This document shows, one piece after another, positions 49,488 to 59,287 of a DNA stretch of 64,000 bases. A model generated the notes under the pieces. It saw nothing but the letters and a program-made list of their open reading frames with translations. It made no database searches and had not been told where the DNA came from. A program made the translations under genes and the position numbers. Position 1 is the first letter of the stretch. Every line of letters begins with the position of its first letter. Origin of the DNA: an uncultured Verrucomicrobiae bacterium (GTDB taxonomy: Bacteria > Verrucomicrobiota > Verrucomicrobiia > Chthoniobacterales > JAFAMB01); the NCBI GenBank assembly GCA_963837955.1, contig CAWIPH010000002.1, positions 3,168,001 to 3,232,000 on the forward strand, in the 5' to 3' direction.

Positions 49488-51482
49488 ATGTGCGGCATCG
49501 CAGGTATCGTGGATCTGGCCGGATACCGAACCGTAGCGGACGGCATTATCCAAAGGATGACGCAGGCGGTAGTTCACCGCGGCCCTGACGAGGAGGGTTA
49601 CTTCCAGCGTCCTGGCTTGGTCCTGGGGTCGCGGCGGCTCAGTATTGTCGGCTTAGCGGACGGCCAGCAGCCGGTCACCAATGAAGACCGGAGTGTGTCT
49701 GTGGTGTTTAACGGTGAGTTCTTCGACTACCCTGAGAAACGCGCGGAGCTGGAAGCGCGCGGGCATCGCCTGGTCACACATTGCGACACCGAAATCATCC
49801 CACACCTTTGGGAGGAGAGTCAGGAAGGAGTGTTCGAACGCTTGCGTGGCCAGTTCGCCCTGGCATTGTGGGATGAGCGCCGGCGTCGTTTGGTACTTGG
49901 ACGCGACCGTTTCGGCATCTGTCCGCTTTATTGGACGCGCCAGGGAGAGTGGCTCCTGTTCGCGTCAGAAATCAAGGCCCTGCTGGCTTCCGGTCTAGTG
50001 CCGGCGCGACCCGACCTTCGCGGTATTGACCACATTTTTACGTTCGCCGCCCTGCCTGGGCCGATAACCTGTTTCGAAGGCGTGCAGCTCCTGCCTCCTG
50101 GGCATTACCTGCGGATAGTCCCGGGTAACAATCGTGGCGCCGCACCCGCCATCAGCGAGCACGCCTATTGGGAGATGGATTTCCCGGACCGCGGCGACGA
50201 AGACCCAGGACGAGACCCGCGCGCTCTGGTGGATCGCTTCGAGCAGATAATGTTGCAGGCCGTGGAGGAGCGACTCCGGGCAGATGTGCCGGTGGGAGCC
50301 TATTTGTCGGGCGGAGTCGATTCAAGCATGATCACTGCCCTCGCCTGTCATCTCAAGGGTCCAGCGATTAACACCTACACGATCCGCGTTGACGCTCCTA
50401 AGCTTGACGAACTCAGTGCGGCCAACCTCGTGGCTCGGCATATCGGCACGAAGCAGCCGATCGTCCAGGAGTTTCGCGCTAGCGACACTCTCAACACGTA
50501 TCCCCGGCTGATCCAAGCCGCAGAGGCACCGGTAGTCGATACCTCCTGTGCGGCTTTGCTGTTGTTAGCGCAACGTGTTCATACCTGTGGCCAGAAAGTG
50601 GTCCTCACGGGTGAAGGGGCTGATGAGTGGCTAGCCGGTTATCCTTGGTACAAAGCGGCCAAAGCCATCGGTGTCCTGGACCTACTGCCCGGATTGCCGC
50701 TGAGCGACAGGGCGCGCCGCGCCTATCTTCGGCTGCACCACGTACCACAATATCCGGCGCAGTTTCGGCGTACCCTCGAGGAATCCGTCGGCGGTCCCAA
50801 CGCCTGGATTGATACTTACGGGGTGCTCGGAATCTCCAAGCTTCGATTTTACGCTGCGCCAATGCGGGAAGTGCTAGAGAAAACCAATCCCTGGGCTGAT
50901 CTTAGAATGCCGCTGGATCGTGCCAACCGCTGGCACCCGTTGAACCGAGGCATCTGGGTCGCAGCGCGCGTTACTCTGGCCGGACACTTGCTTCAGGCCA
51001 AAGGCGATCGAGTGGCGATGCACTCCTCTGTGGAGGTGCGATATCCCTTCCTCGATGAAGATGTCTTCGATTTTTTGGCCGGGCTGCATCCACGTTGGAA
51101 ACTCCGTGGGTTTCGGGACAAACACCTGCTCCGCCTCCTAGCCGAACGCTGGGTGCCGCCGTCCGTATACCGGCGCCGCAAGGTTATCTTCCGCGCTCCC
51201 CTGGATAGTTTCCATATCGAACCGGAGCCGGCGTTCGTGGCTCAGCTCTTAAGTGAAGAATCGCTGCAACGCACCGGATATTTTGACATTGCTGCGGTGC
51301 ATCATTGGCGGCGGGCCTTCCGTCAGATGCCGATTGGTTCCCTGCCACGCCTCTCCGTGGAGTTGGGGTTGACGGCGGTGGTGGCGACTCAGCTTTGGCA
51401 TCATCTGTTCATCGGGCCGGAATTGGCAGAATTGCCAACCTGGACGGGCAACCGAACGGTGCTTGAGAATGTGTCATTCTAG
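49488..51482 (+). CDS. asnB: Asparagine synthase (glutamine-hydrolysing)-family amidotransferase
   Basis: Ntn start MCGIAG (ATG 49488), HRGPD, RRLSIV, FNGE, LSGGVDSS, TGEGADE, EVRYPFLD. Confidence 0.93.
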   Translation: MCGIAGIVDLAGYRTVADGIIQRMTQAVVHRGPDEEGYFQRPGLVLGSRRLSIVGLADGQQPVTNEDRSVSVVFNGEFFDYPEKRAELEARGHRLVTHCDTEIIPHLWEESQEGVFERLRGQFALALWDERRRRLVLGRDRFGICPLYWTRQGEWLLFASEIKALLASGLVPARPDLRGIDHIFTFAALPGPITCFEGVQLLPPGHYLRIVPGNNRGAAPAISEHAYWEMDFPDRGDEDPGRDPRALVDRFEQIMLQAVEERLRADVPVGAYLSGGVDSSMITALACHLKGPAINTYTIRVDAPKLDELSAANLVARHIGTKQPIVQEFRASDTLNTYPRLIQAAEAPVVDTSCAALLLLAQRVHTCGQKVVLTGEGADEWLAGYPWYKAAKAIGVLDLLPGLPLSDRARRAYLRLHHVPQYPAQFRRTLEESVGGPNAWIDTYGVLGISKLRFYAAPMREVLEKTNPWADLRMPLDRANRWHPLNRGIWVAARVTLAGHLLQAKGDRVAMHSSVEVRYPFLDEDVFDFLAGLHPRWKLRGFRDKHLLRLLAERWVPPSVYRRRKVIFRAPLDSFHIEPEPAFVAQLLSEESLQRTGYFDIAAVHHWRRAFRQMPIGSLPRLSVELGLTAVVATQLWHHLFIGPELAELPTWTGNRTVLENVSF

Positions 51483-51617
51483 TGCGCCGATCGTGTGCGA
51501 CGACAATCGGCGAGACCAAAGGAAGCATTTGCGGGCTTGCACCCGCTCTCTGACGAACGCTACAACGTGTCCCATCATGTGGGATGCGTAGAGCTTTCTT
51601 ATGACCAATACAATCAA

Positions 51618-52979
51618 ATGAAAAAAAGTCGCGGTGTCACCGCTCGATCGATTCTCGTTGGGCTTTCCTTGATTACATGTTTCAGCGACTGCGCGATCCT
51701 ACAGAGCCGATCGGCGAGGGAGACTCGCGATCGCGCGTTCATTGTTTATTGGCCTCCTCCGAAGGAAAGCAAAGGGTTGCGCCTGGCAGTCAAAGATCTC
51801 ATCGACATGAAGGGCGTGGTGACCACGGCCGGCTCCGAATATGTTGCTAAGACCAGTCTAGCCGCTTCACGTGATGCGCAGTGCCTGGCGATAGCACGGC
51901 GGCGAAACGTGCAGATCGTAGGAAAAACGAATCTCAGTGAATTTGCAGTGGCCCCTTCCGGGATCAACGATTTCTTCGGAACTCCCAGGAGCCCCTTGAG
52001 CAAGAAGAGCAAGATTATCCCGGGAGGTTCATCCAGCGGTTCAGCGGTGGCGGTCGCAAGCGGACTGGCGGACGTTGCTTTTGGAACGGATACAGCCGGC
52101 TCCATCCGCGTACCCGCAGCTTGTTGCGGCATCGTCGGTCTGAAGACGACGTTTGGCCTTGTTTCTTTGCGGGGCGTGTTTCCAGTTGAGCCAAAGCATC
52201 TGGATACGGTCGGTCCGATGGCCAAAGACGTGGCTCATGTTGTCGAAGGGATGGACCTTTTGCAGGACGGGTTTGCGGCACGATACCGAGCAGCGGTGGC
52301 TGCTAAACCGTTGGCAAAAAACATCAGAATCGGGCGACTCTACCTGGGTGGCACCGACCCTAAGATCGACAAAGCGATTGATGACGCTCTAGCCCGGGCA
52401 GGCTTTCGAGTGGTCCCACTGGACCAAGCCTTCAAGGCGAAGTGGGACCAGGCTAAGAGAGATGGGGACACGGTGGCGGCAGCCGGCGTTCGGATCAGCG
52501 ATGGAAAATTCTTCGACAAATTAATAGGAGTAAGCGCCAGGACCAAGGCAATAATCGCCTTGGGTGAATTCGATTACAGGACGAGCTACCAGAAAGCTCT
52601 ACGGAGGCAAGCGGCGTGGCAGCAGGCCCTTCGTCAAGTCTTTAAGAAGGTTGATTTCATTGCTCTACCGACTCTTCAGAAGCTGCCGCCAAGGATTCCG
52701 CCCATCGCCAAAACCGTCCTTTTGGAAGCGCAAATAGCCCTTTTTGAAGCAGAAATGTTGGGCGCGCAAAACACCGTTGCTGTGAATTTTGCTGGAAATC
52801 CTGCGCTGGCGATACCGATTCCGTTGGATGATAAGACTATTCCCTCAACTAGCGTGCAGCTGGTCGGGCCGCGTCTGAGCGAAGCCGAACTTCTCAATGC
52901 GGGCCGCCTGATCGAGGCCGAGCCGCAACCTGGTCGACACGTCATGACAACGAAATATGCGACATCCGTTTCTCGCTGA
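51618..52979 (+). CDS. Amidase-signature enzyme with export/lipoprotein-like signal
   Basis: AVKD, GKTNLSEFA, PGGSSSGS, GTDTAGSIRVPAA; N-terminus MKKSR..ILVGLSLITCFSDC. Confidence 0.9.
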   Translation: MKKSRGVTARSILVGLSLITCFSDCAILQSRSARETRDRAFIVYWPPPKESKGLRLAVKDLIDMKGVVTTAGSEYVAKTSLAASRDAQCLAIARRRNVQIVGKTNLSEFAVAPSGINDFFGTPRSPLSKKSKIIPGGSSSGSAVAVASGLADVAFGTDTAGSIRVPAACCGIVGLKTTFGLVSLRGVFPVEPKHLDTVGPMAKDVAHVVEGMDLLQDGFAARYRAAVAAKPLAKNIRIGRLYLGGTDPKIDKAIDDALARAGFRVVPLDQAFKAKWDQAKRDGDTVAAAGVRISDGKFFDKLIGVSARTKAIIALGEFDYRTSYQKALRRQAAWQQALRQVFKKVDFIALPTLQKLPPRIPPIAKTVLLEAQIALFEAEMLGAQNTVAVNFAGNPALAIPIPLDDKTIPSTSVQLVGPRLSEAELLNAGRLIEAEPQPGRHVMTTKYATSVSR

Positions 52980-53084
52980 GGATGTCTCTGTCGCACCACG
53001 CGCGGCACCGACCATGAGGAGCGTTACCACGTGTCCCTTTTCCGCCAGGAGCGAGGAGCCCTTCGTGATAATCATAAAAGTAAA

Positions 53085-54416
53085 ATGAAAAAAAATCGCT
53101 TTGTCGCCGCTCCATTGATTTCGGTGGGGTTCTTGTCGATCATCTTTTTGAGCGGCTGCGTGTCTCTGTTTACACGTCCAGCAAGTCAGACTGGCAATCA
53201 CGCGTTCATCGTTTACTGGCCACCTCCGAATGACAGTAAGGAATTGCGCCTCGCGGTGAAAGATGTCATTGACGTCAAAGGCGTTGTGACCACAGCCGGC
53301 TCGGAATATTTCGCCAAGACCCGCTCGCCGGCTACCGTTGATGCCAAGTGCGTAGCGACAGCGCGAGAGCGAGGCGTGCGGATTGTCGGGAAAACCAATC
53401 TCAGCGAGTTTGCGGTTGCTCCCTCCGGCTTCAACGAATATTTCGGAATTCCTCAGAATCGCTTGAGCAAGAGGCTCAAGCTTATCCCGGGAGGTTCGTC
53501 CAGCGGTTCCGCAGTAGCGGTCCAAAGTGGCATGGCAGACGTCGCCTATGGAACCGATACAGCAGGCTCCGTCCGGGTTCCGGCAGCTTGTTGCGGCATC
53601 GTTGGCTTGAAGACGACCTTCGGCCTTGTTTCCTTGAATGGCGTCCTCCCGGTTGAACCGACGCACCTCGACACCGTCGGCCCGATGGCCAAAGATGTGG
53701 ACCACGTGGTACAAGGAATGGACCTGTTACAGAATGGGTTTGCCGAACGATACAGAAAAGTTGTTGCATCCAGACCTTCGGCCAAACAAATCAGAATAGG
53801 GCGGCTCTACTTGAGCGGCACTGACGCTAAAGTCGACAAAGCGGTTGATTACGCTCTGGCCCAAGCAGAATTTCAAGTCATCTCGCTTGACCAAGCATTT
53901 AAGGCGAAGTGGGAACAGGCCAAGAAGGACGGAGATACTTTGGCAGCGGCTGGCGCCTGGCTTAGCTATCGAAAATACTTTGGCAAACTAGGAGTAAGCG
54001 CCAAGACCGAGGCGATAATTGCTCTAGGTGAATACGAGCACACGACGAACTACCAGAACGCCCTGAAGAGGCAAGCGGAGTGGCAATCTGCCCTCCGTCA
54101 AGTCTTCCAAAAGGTGGATTTCATCGCTCTGCCCACCCTGCAGTCCCTGCCTCCAGCGAGTCCTCCCCTTGGGAGTACTGCTCTTTTTGAAGCAAGAATG
54201 TTGGTTCTACAAAATACTGTTCCCGTGAATCTTGCCGGAAATCCTGCTCTTGCCGTACCGATTCCAGAGGATGACAGGGTAATTCCCCTCACCAGCCTGC
54301 AGCTGGTTGGACCCCGATTGAGCGAAGCGGAACTTCTCAATGCGGGCCACTTGGTTGAGACTGCCGTGAACGCACCGACCGCCGAACGTCGAGTCGCGAT
54401 ACCACGCAAGCCATAG
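53085..54416 (+). CDS. Amidase-signature lipoprotein, tandem paralogue
   Basis: Same catalytic motifs; lipobox FLSGC after a hydrophobic stretch. Confidence 0.9.
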   Translation: MKKNRFVAAPLISVGFLSIIFLSGCVSLFTRPASQTGNHAFIVYWPPPNDSKELRLAVKDVIDVKGVVTTAGSEYFAKTRSPATVDAKCVATARERGVRIVGKTNLSEFAVAPSGFNEYFGIPQNRLSKRLKLIPGGSSSGSAVAVQSGMADVAYGTDTAGSVRVPAACCGIVGLKTTFGLVSLNGVLPVEPTHLDTVGPMAKDVDHVVQGMDLLQNGFAERYRKVVASRPSAKQIRIGRLYLSGTDAKVDKAVDYALAQAEFQVISLDQAFKAKWEQAKKDGDTLAAAGAWLSYRKYFGKLGVSAKTEAIIALGEYEHTTNYQNALKRQAEWQSALRQVFQKVDFIALPTLQSLPPASPPLGSTALFEARMLVLQNTVPVNLAGNPALAVPIPEDDRVIPLTSLQLVGPRLSEAELLNAGHLVETAVNAPTAERRVAIPRKP

Positions 54417-54439
54417 GATGTCCTTCTCGGCAAACGCCG

Positions 54440-54550
54440 GTCGGTCCCCCGTTGAGCGAAGCGGAACTCCTCAATGCGGGCCGCCTGGTTGAGGCAAAGC
54501 GCTCACAGCTTGATCGACGCGTTAGAGCCCCCGAAATCCGCGCTAACTAA
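54440..54550 (+). pseudogene. 3' remnant of a third amidase copy
   Basis: Reads VGPPLSEAELLNAGRLVEAKRSQ...*, matching VGPRLSEAELLNAG(R/H)L of both amidases. Confidence 0.8.
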
Positions 54551-54652
54551 AAACTCCGCATGCGGGCGCGGTTTCGAGTTGCCGATGCGAACTTCGCGGC
54601 TAGAATGACACTCACCAGCGGTACATTTTGCACCATCGAGTTGCAAAAAGCG

Positions 54653-55432
54653 ATGAATCCTGCTCTTTCCAACGTGTTTCCCGCGTTTTCTGCGGTCGTG
54701 TCGCTCCTATTCACGGGGGCGGCGCTCCGGGCGCAGTCCGCGGATGAGCTCATCAAAAATGGCGATGTTTATTATGCAAAATTGCAGGCTGCCGACGCGC
54801 TCAGGTTTTATCTGCCCGCCGAAAAACTTGAGCCGAGCAACGAGCGCCTTCTGGTGCGGATCTCGCGTGAATACCGCCATCTGGCGAGCGACGCCACCAA
54901 GCCAGAGGAGAAGCGCAGACTCGGCGGCATTGCGGTGGCCTACGCGAAGCGCGCTGTAACTCTCGGGCCGAATGACCCGGACGCCCAGCTAGCAGTGGCG
55001 ATCAGTTATGGAAGACTGCAACCCCTTGAGGGCAACTGGGACAAGATCGAGTCCTCGCGTATCATCAAGGAGGCCGCCGACAAGGCGGTCAGACTTGATC
55101 CGCGCAACGATTTGGGCTGGCACGTGCTAGGCCGCTGGCACACGGGGGTGGCCGATGTTAGCGCGCTCAAGCGGACGCTAGCGCAACTTATTTACGGCGA
55201 GGTGCTGCCGGAATCTACGTACCAAGAGGCAGCTAGGTGCTTCGAGAAAGCGATCGAAATCAATCCCAACCGCCCGATGCACTACATCGAGCTAGGATGC
55301 GTGTACGCGCAAATGGGCCGAAACGACGACGCGCGACGTTGCATTACCAAGGGGTTGGCGATGCAGAATACGGAAAAGGACGATCCCGAGACCAAGCAGC
55401 AAGGGCGAGAGGTGCTGACGAAACTTCGCTAG
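54653..55432 (+). CDS. Secreted TPR-repeat protein
   Basis: Signal peptide ending ALRA-QS; helical repeats (AKRAVTLGPND, ADKAVRLDPRND, FEKAIEINPN). Confidence 0.82.
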   Translation: MNPALSNVFPAFSAVVSLLFTGAALRAQSADELIKNGDVYYAKLQAADALRFYLPAEKLEPSNERLLVRISREYRHLASDATKPEEKRRLGGIAVAYAKRAVTLGPNDPDAQLAVAISYGRLQPLEGNWDKIESSRIIKEAADKAVRLDPRNDLGWHVLGRWHTGVADVSALKRTLAQLIYGEVLPESTYQEAARCFEKAIEINPNRPMHYIELGCVYAQMGRNDDARRCITKGLAMQNTEKDDPETKQQGREVLTKLR

Positions 55433-55585
55433 ATCGACCAGGAGGAGACTCGCGACCGCGTTTTTCCGTCATCTTGGGTGTTCTGACTTTCCGGGCTGGT
55501 GAGCTTTCTTAAGGTTTCATTGACTTGATCTTCCAGCCGAGGATACCGATCCGGTTCCAATCCAAATTTCACACTCGGTACCTCT

Positions 55586-56203
55586 ATGCTTTTGATTTTC
55601 ATCGGAATGACGTTGCTGGCAGCCTTAACTCCAGGGTTGGCGGTTCTTTTGGTTACATCCAATGTGCTCAAGAAGGGGTTTGACGCGGCTTGGCGGGCGA
55701 TTGTTGGAATTGAAATCGGTAACGCCATTTACGTCCTCGCTTCCGCCACGGGTCTGACTGCGCTGCTTGTGGCATGCGCGCCTCTGTTCACTGCGGTGCG
55801 CTGGGCCGGAGCAATCTACCTCATCTATCTGGGGCTCCGGCTGATTGTTGCCTCCGTGCGTCCAACAACAAATGCTGAATCCGCCGTCAGCGTTCGCGCC
55901 TTAAATCCAATGCTGCAAGGAATATCAACCCAACTAGGCAATCCGAAGGCTTTGCTCTACTGGACCGCTCTTTTCCCGCAGTTTCTCGATCGAACTCACG
56001 ATTTGTTGCCTCAGTTCTTTCTTCTGGGTCTCAGTGCGATAGGAGTAGAGACAGTAGTTCTCGCGGGATATGCATTAGCAACGAATTCCGCTCGGACGGC
56101 GATCGCGCGACCTCCAGGTATGCGGAGAGTCATTGACTGTATTACCGGAGGTTTCTTCGTGGCGGTCGGCCTATTGCTGGGAACAAAAAGCGCAGAGACA
56201 TAG
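55586..56203 (+). CDS. LysE/RhtB-family translocator
   Basis: ALTPG, WAGAIYLIYLG, LGNPKALLY..ALFPQF. Confidence 0.92.
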   Translation: MLLIFIGMTLLAALTPGLAVLLVTSNVLKKGFDAAWRAIVGIEIGNAIYVLASATGLTALLVACAPLFTAVRWAGAIYLIYLGLRLIVASVRPTTNAESAVSVRALNPMLQGISTQLGNPKALLYWTALFPQFLDRTHDLLPQFFLLGLSAIGVETVVLAGYALATNSARTAIARPPGMRRVIDCITGGFFVAVGLLLGTKSAET

Positions 56204-56217
56204 AGGGCGCCATTGTC

Positions 56218-56766
56218 GTGGTGTTGACCACTGCACGTCTCAGACTACGGCTCTGGCGGGACAAAGATTTGCCGGGCTTCGCAGCGCTAAACGCGGACCC
56301 TCGCGTTATGCAATATATGCCGAAACTTCTCGACCGCACGGAAAGCGACGCGGTCGCTGGACGTATTAGGGAACACTTCACTCAACACGGCTTTGGTCTA
56401 TGGGCTGTCGAGGTGATTGGTGTCGCTGATTTTATAGGATTTACCGGTCTTGGCGTGCCGCGGTTCCAGGCCCACTTCACTCCATGTGTGGAGATCGGTT
56501 GGAGACTGGCTCACGACTATTGGGGTTTCGGTTACGCGACTGAGGCCGCCTGCGCTGCGCGTGACTATGGATTCACGCATCTCGGGCTCAACCAGATAGT
56601 CTCCTTTACTGTTCCAGCCAACCAACGCTCCCGAAATGTAATGGAACGTATCGGCATGACGCGTTCTCCTGTGGACGACTTTGAACATCCGCTCGTCCCT
56701 CTTGGTCACCCGCTCCGCCAGCACGTCCTTTACCGGCTCGTTGCACCCGCACAGTTTCACGCCTAA
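56218..56766 (+). CDS. GNAT (RimJ/RimL-type) N-acetyltransferase
   Basis: TARLRLR, NADPRVM, VEIGWRL..WGFGYATEAA, NQRSRNVMERIGM. Confidence 0.93.
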   Translation: MVLTTARLRLRLWRDKDLPGFAALNADPRVMQYMPKLLDRTESDAVAGRIREHFTQHGFGLWAVEVIGVADFIGFTGLGVPRFQAHFTPCVEIGWRLAHDYWGFGYATEAACAARDYGFTHLGLNQIVSFTVPANQRSRNVMERIGMTRSPVDDFEHPLVPLGHPLRQHVLYRLVAPAQFHA

Positions 56767-56860
56767 AGAGGACCGCGTTGTCAGCTACGGGAACAGAATA
56801 GACAGCCGTCGTACCCGTCACGATTCCGCTCCAATCTTTTGACCCGCGCGTGATGCTCTC

Positions 56861-57397
56861 TCATGACGCCTGTTGGGGCACGCTCGATTGAGGGGCGTTC
56901 ATTAAGGCAAAACTATCGACACACTGCTTCAATTTGGACGAGAGCTGATTCCATTGTTCCGGTGTCGCGGTTGCAGTGGTTAAGTAGACTTTGTCTCCGT
57001 TCTTAACCGCCCGAGCGTACCAGTGCAGCGATCTTCCACTCAAGATCCCTTCATATTCGACCATCCATTCATTCGGAGAGACTACGTTTTCGCTGAGTAT
57101 TTTGATTCCGGCCGAATCGAATTCCTTTTTTGTGAGGGTGACATAGTCATTTATCGAGCTAGGGAAATCTTGGATCAGTACGTTCACGTTCGGGGCGAAC
57201 CCTCCGGTTGGCGTAAGAAATAATACGACCGTCGGGCTCTGATCGGCTGCAGTACCAAAATCTGAACGCTTAACCCTGAATCCTTTGGCGTCGATGCTAA
57301 ATCCCTGGGATTCAAATCGAAGTAAATCACTGTCGGACTGCGTGCTGCCGACGATCGGAAGCAAAGAAACCAGCAGAATGGTGCGCAACAATTTCAT
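56861..57397 (-). CDS. Secreted hypothetical protein (possible PsbP/DcrB-like fold)
   Basis: Signal peptide; FAPNVNVLIQ and KVYLTTATA...CVDSF patterns; fold is inference. Confidence 0.65.
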   Translation of the reverse strand: MKLLRTILLVSLLPIVGSTQSDSDLLRFESQGFSIDAKGFRVKRSDFGTAADQSPTVVLFLTPTGGFAPNVNVLIQDFPSSINDYVTLTKKEFDSAGIKILSENVVSPNEWMVEYEGILSGRSLHWYARAVKNGDKVYLTTATATPEQWNQLSSKLKQCVDSFALMNAPQSSVPQQAS

Positions 57398-57576
57398 CGC
57401 AACAATCACTAGAGCAATGCGTCATTGCTCGTCGAGTGCGGAATGAGAGCCCGGCATTCTTCGGCCATCCAACTTGTTTCTGAATTGACGCGCCCAAGTC
57501 CGGCATCCTACAGAACATGCTTCCCACAATGACCGCCTGATCTGCCCAAATTGGTCCTACGCAGTTTTCCCTATGT

Positions 57577-59219
57577 ATGCGCCGAAGATTTTATGTTTTG
57601 CTCATCGCTTCGATATTGCTGCTCGCGCTGCTGGGTTGCGCAACACACCCGGTCACGCTTAATCCCCAGGCGCCGCTCGTCGCCCAAGCGCGTCAAGCTC
57701 TCCGCAACGGTCAATCGGAAACAATCTCCGCTCAACAAGCCGCTGCCTGGGATCTGGTCGCTGCTGATCTCGCTTCCAGAGATCTGCACGATCAGGCTGT
57801 CGTAAATACCTATAACTCTGCCTGCGCAAATTTTTCTGAACAGGTTTACCGGACCGGAATTCTGAGCGCCCAAGAATTTCGGGCTGGCGGAAAATCATAC
57901 TGGATCCGGCCCGCCGAAATCGGAGCCTGGACGCCAACCTATTTTCAAAAGGTCAAAGCGTCGAGCAGAGTCAAAGCTCATCTGGTTAAACCCTCTGTTC
58001 TGTTGCCTGGAGTCGGCGGAGCGTTATAGGCATACGTCGACAAGCCAATCCAAGAACTGGACCGGATCGTTTTGCGCCTCGCAGCGGGTATCACGTTCCG
58101 CTGACGGCAACGCTGGATTTCCAAGAGAATCGCGCCAGAAACTCGTGCGCGGTAACTTGGCAGTTGAACGACCCAACTGCTGCCGAATTTGTGTTCGTCC
58201 GCGGCCAGAAAAAGCGTCTGGCAGCGGATTTCACGGCGCCTCTCAATTACTTCCCGAAGATAAACCAATTCTGGCTCGGCTTCCTTGGCTTGCTGGACGC
58301 TGATCGGATTAGTGATCGCACTGGCTTATACGTTCTGGAACCGTATCGGGACGACCGGATCCCAGTGGTGCTCGTCCATGGCCTCCTGTCTGTGCCTGAG
58401 ATGTGGGCGCCTACTATCAATAACCTTTATGAGGATCCAGTAATCCGAAAGAACTACCAGTTCTGGGTCTTTTCTATCCGACCGGCCTTCCCGTACCTTT
58501 ATCCAGCCTCTACTTGCGAAACGATCTGGCTCAAGCGGAATGGCTCTATCGACCCAGAAACGGCATTGTGTTGGTTGGCCATAGATGGGTGGCATACTTA
58601 GCCGGGTTCAGCGATTGGCCGAGCGATCTGGAACGGAATTTTTAAGGCGGATGCCGACCGAACGTACTCTCGGATAAAGGAGAATAGTCTGGTGAAAAGA
58701 GCGTTGATCTTTCGAACCGATCCTAACGTGCTTCGGATCGTTTTCATGAATACGCCCCATCGAGGCAGCCAGTTAGCGATCGGATTCGTGGGCCGCATGG
58801 CAGTCCGCTTAATTCGCCTACCGGTTACGGTGGTTAAGGAAATGACGTACGCAATCGGCGATGTCGTCAACGAACGAGCGGGGGGACGGCTGAGCATCCC
58901 AACGAGCATCCACGGATTGTCACCGAAATCCGAATTCCTGGCGGCTTTAGATAGACTCCCGATTCGCGCTCCACACCACTCCATTATCGGTGACCGCGGG
59001 CGTGGCGACACGCCAAATAGCAGCGACAGAGTCGTTCCGTACTGGAGCTCGCACCTCGCCTCGGCAGAGTCGGAATTGATTGTTCCTGGCGATCATGGCT
59101 CCTATAAACTTCCACAAGCAAATGCCGAGCTTCGCCGGATTTTGCGCGAACATTTGTCGAAGAAGACGCCCTCGCTTGCAACCATCGGCAGGCGCCGGTT
59201 CAAAATGGCTCGCAGATGA
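57577..59219 (+). pseudogene. Frameshifted alpha/beta-hydrolase lipoprotein
   Basis: Lipobox LLGC; PVVLVHGLLS, VGH(S)MGG, TPHRGS, HSIIGD, SDRVVPYWSSHL and GDHG are spread over different frames; breaks near 58025, 58472, 58584 and 58610. Confidence 0.85.
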
Positions 59220-59287
59220 TTGGACGGACAGAAAAGCGCAAAAAATTCATTTGAGCCCGGAACCCGCCAGCTCACGCAAGCGTTGAC

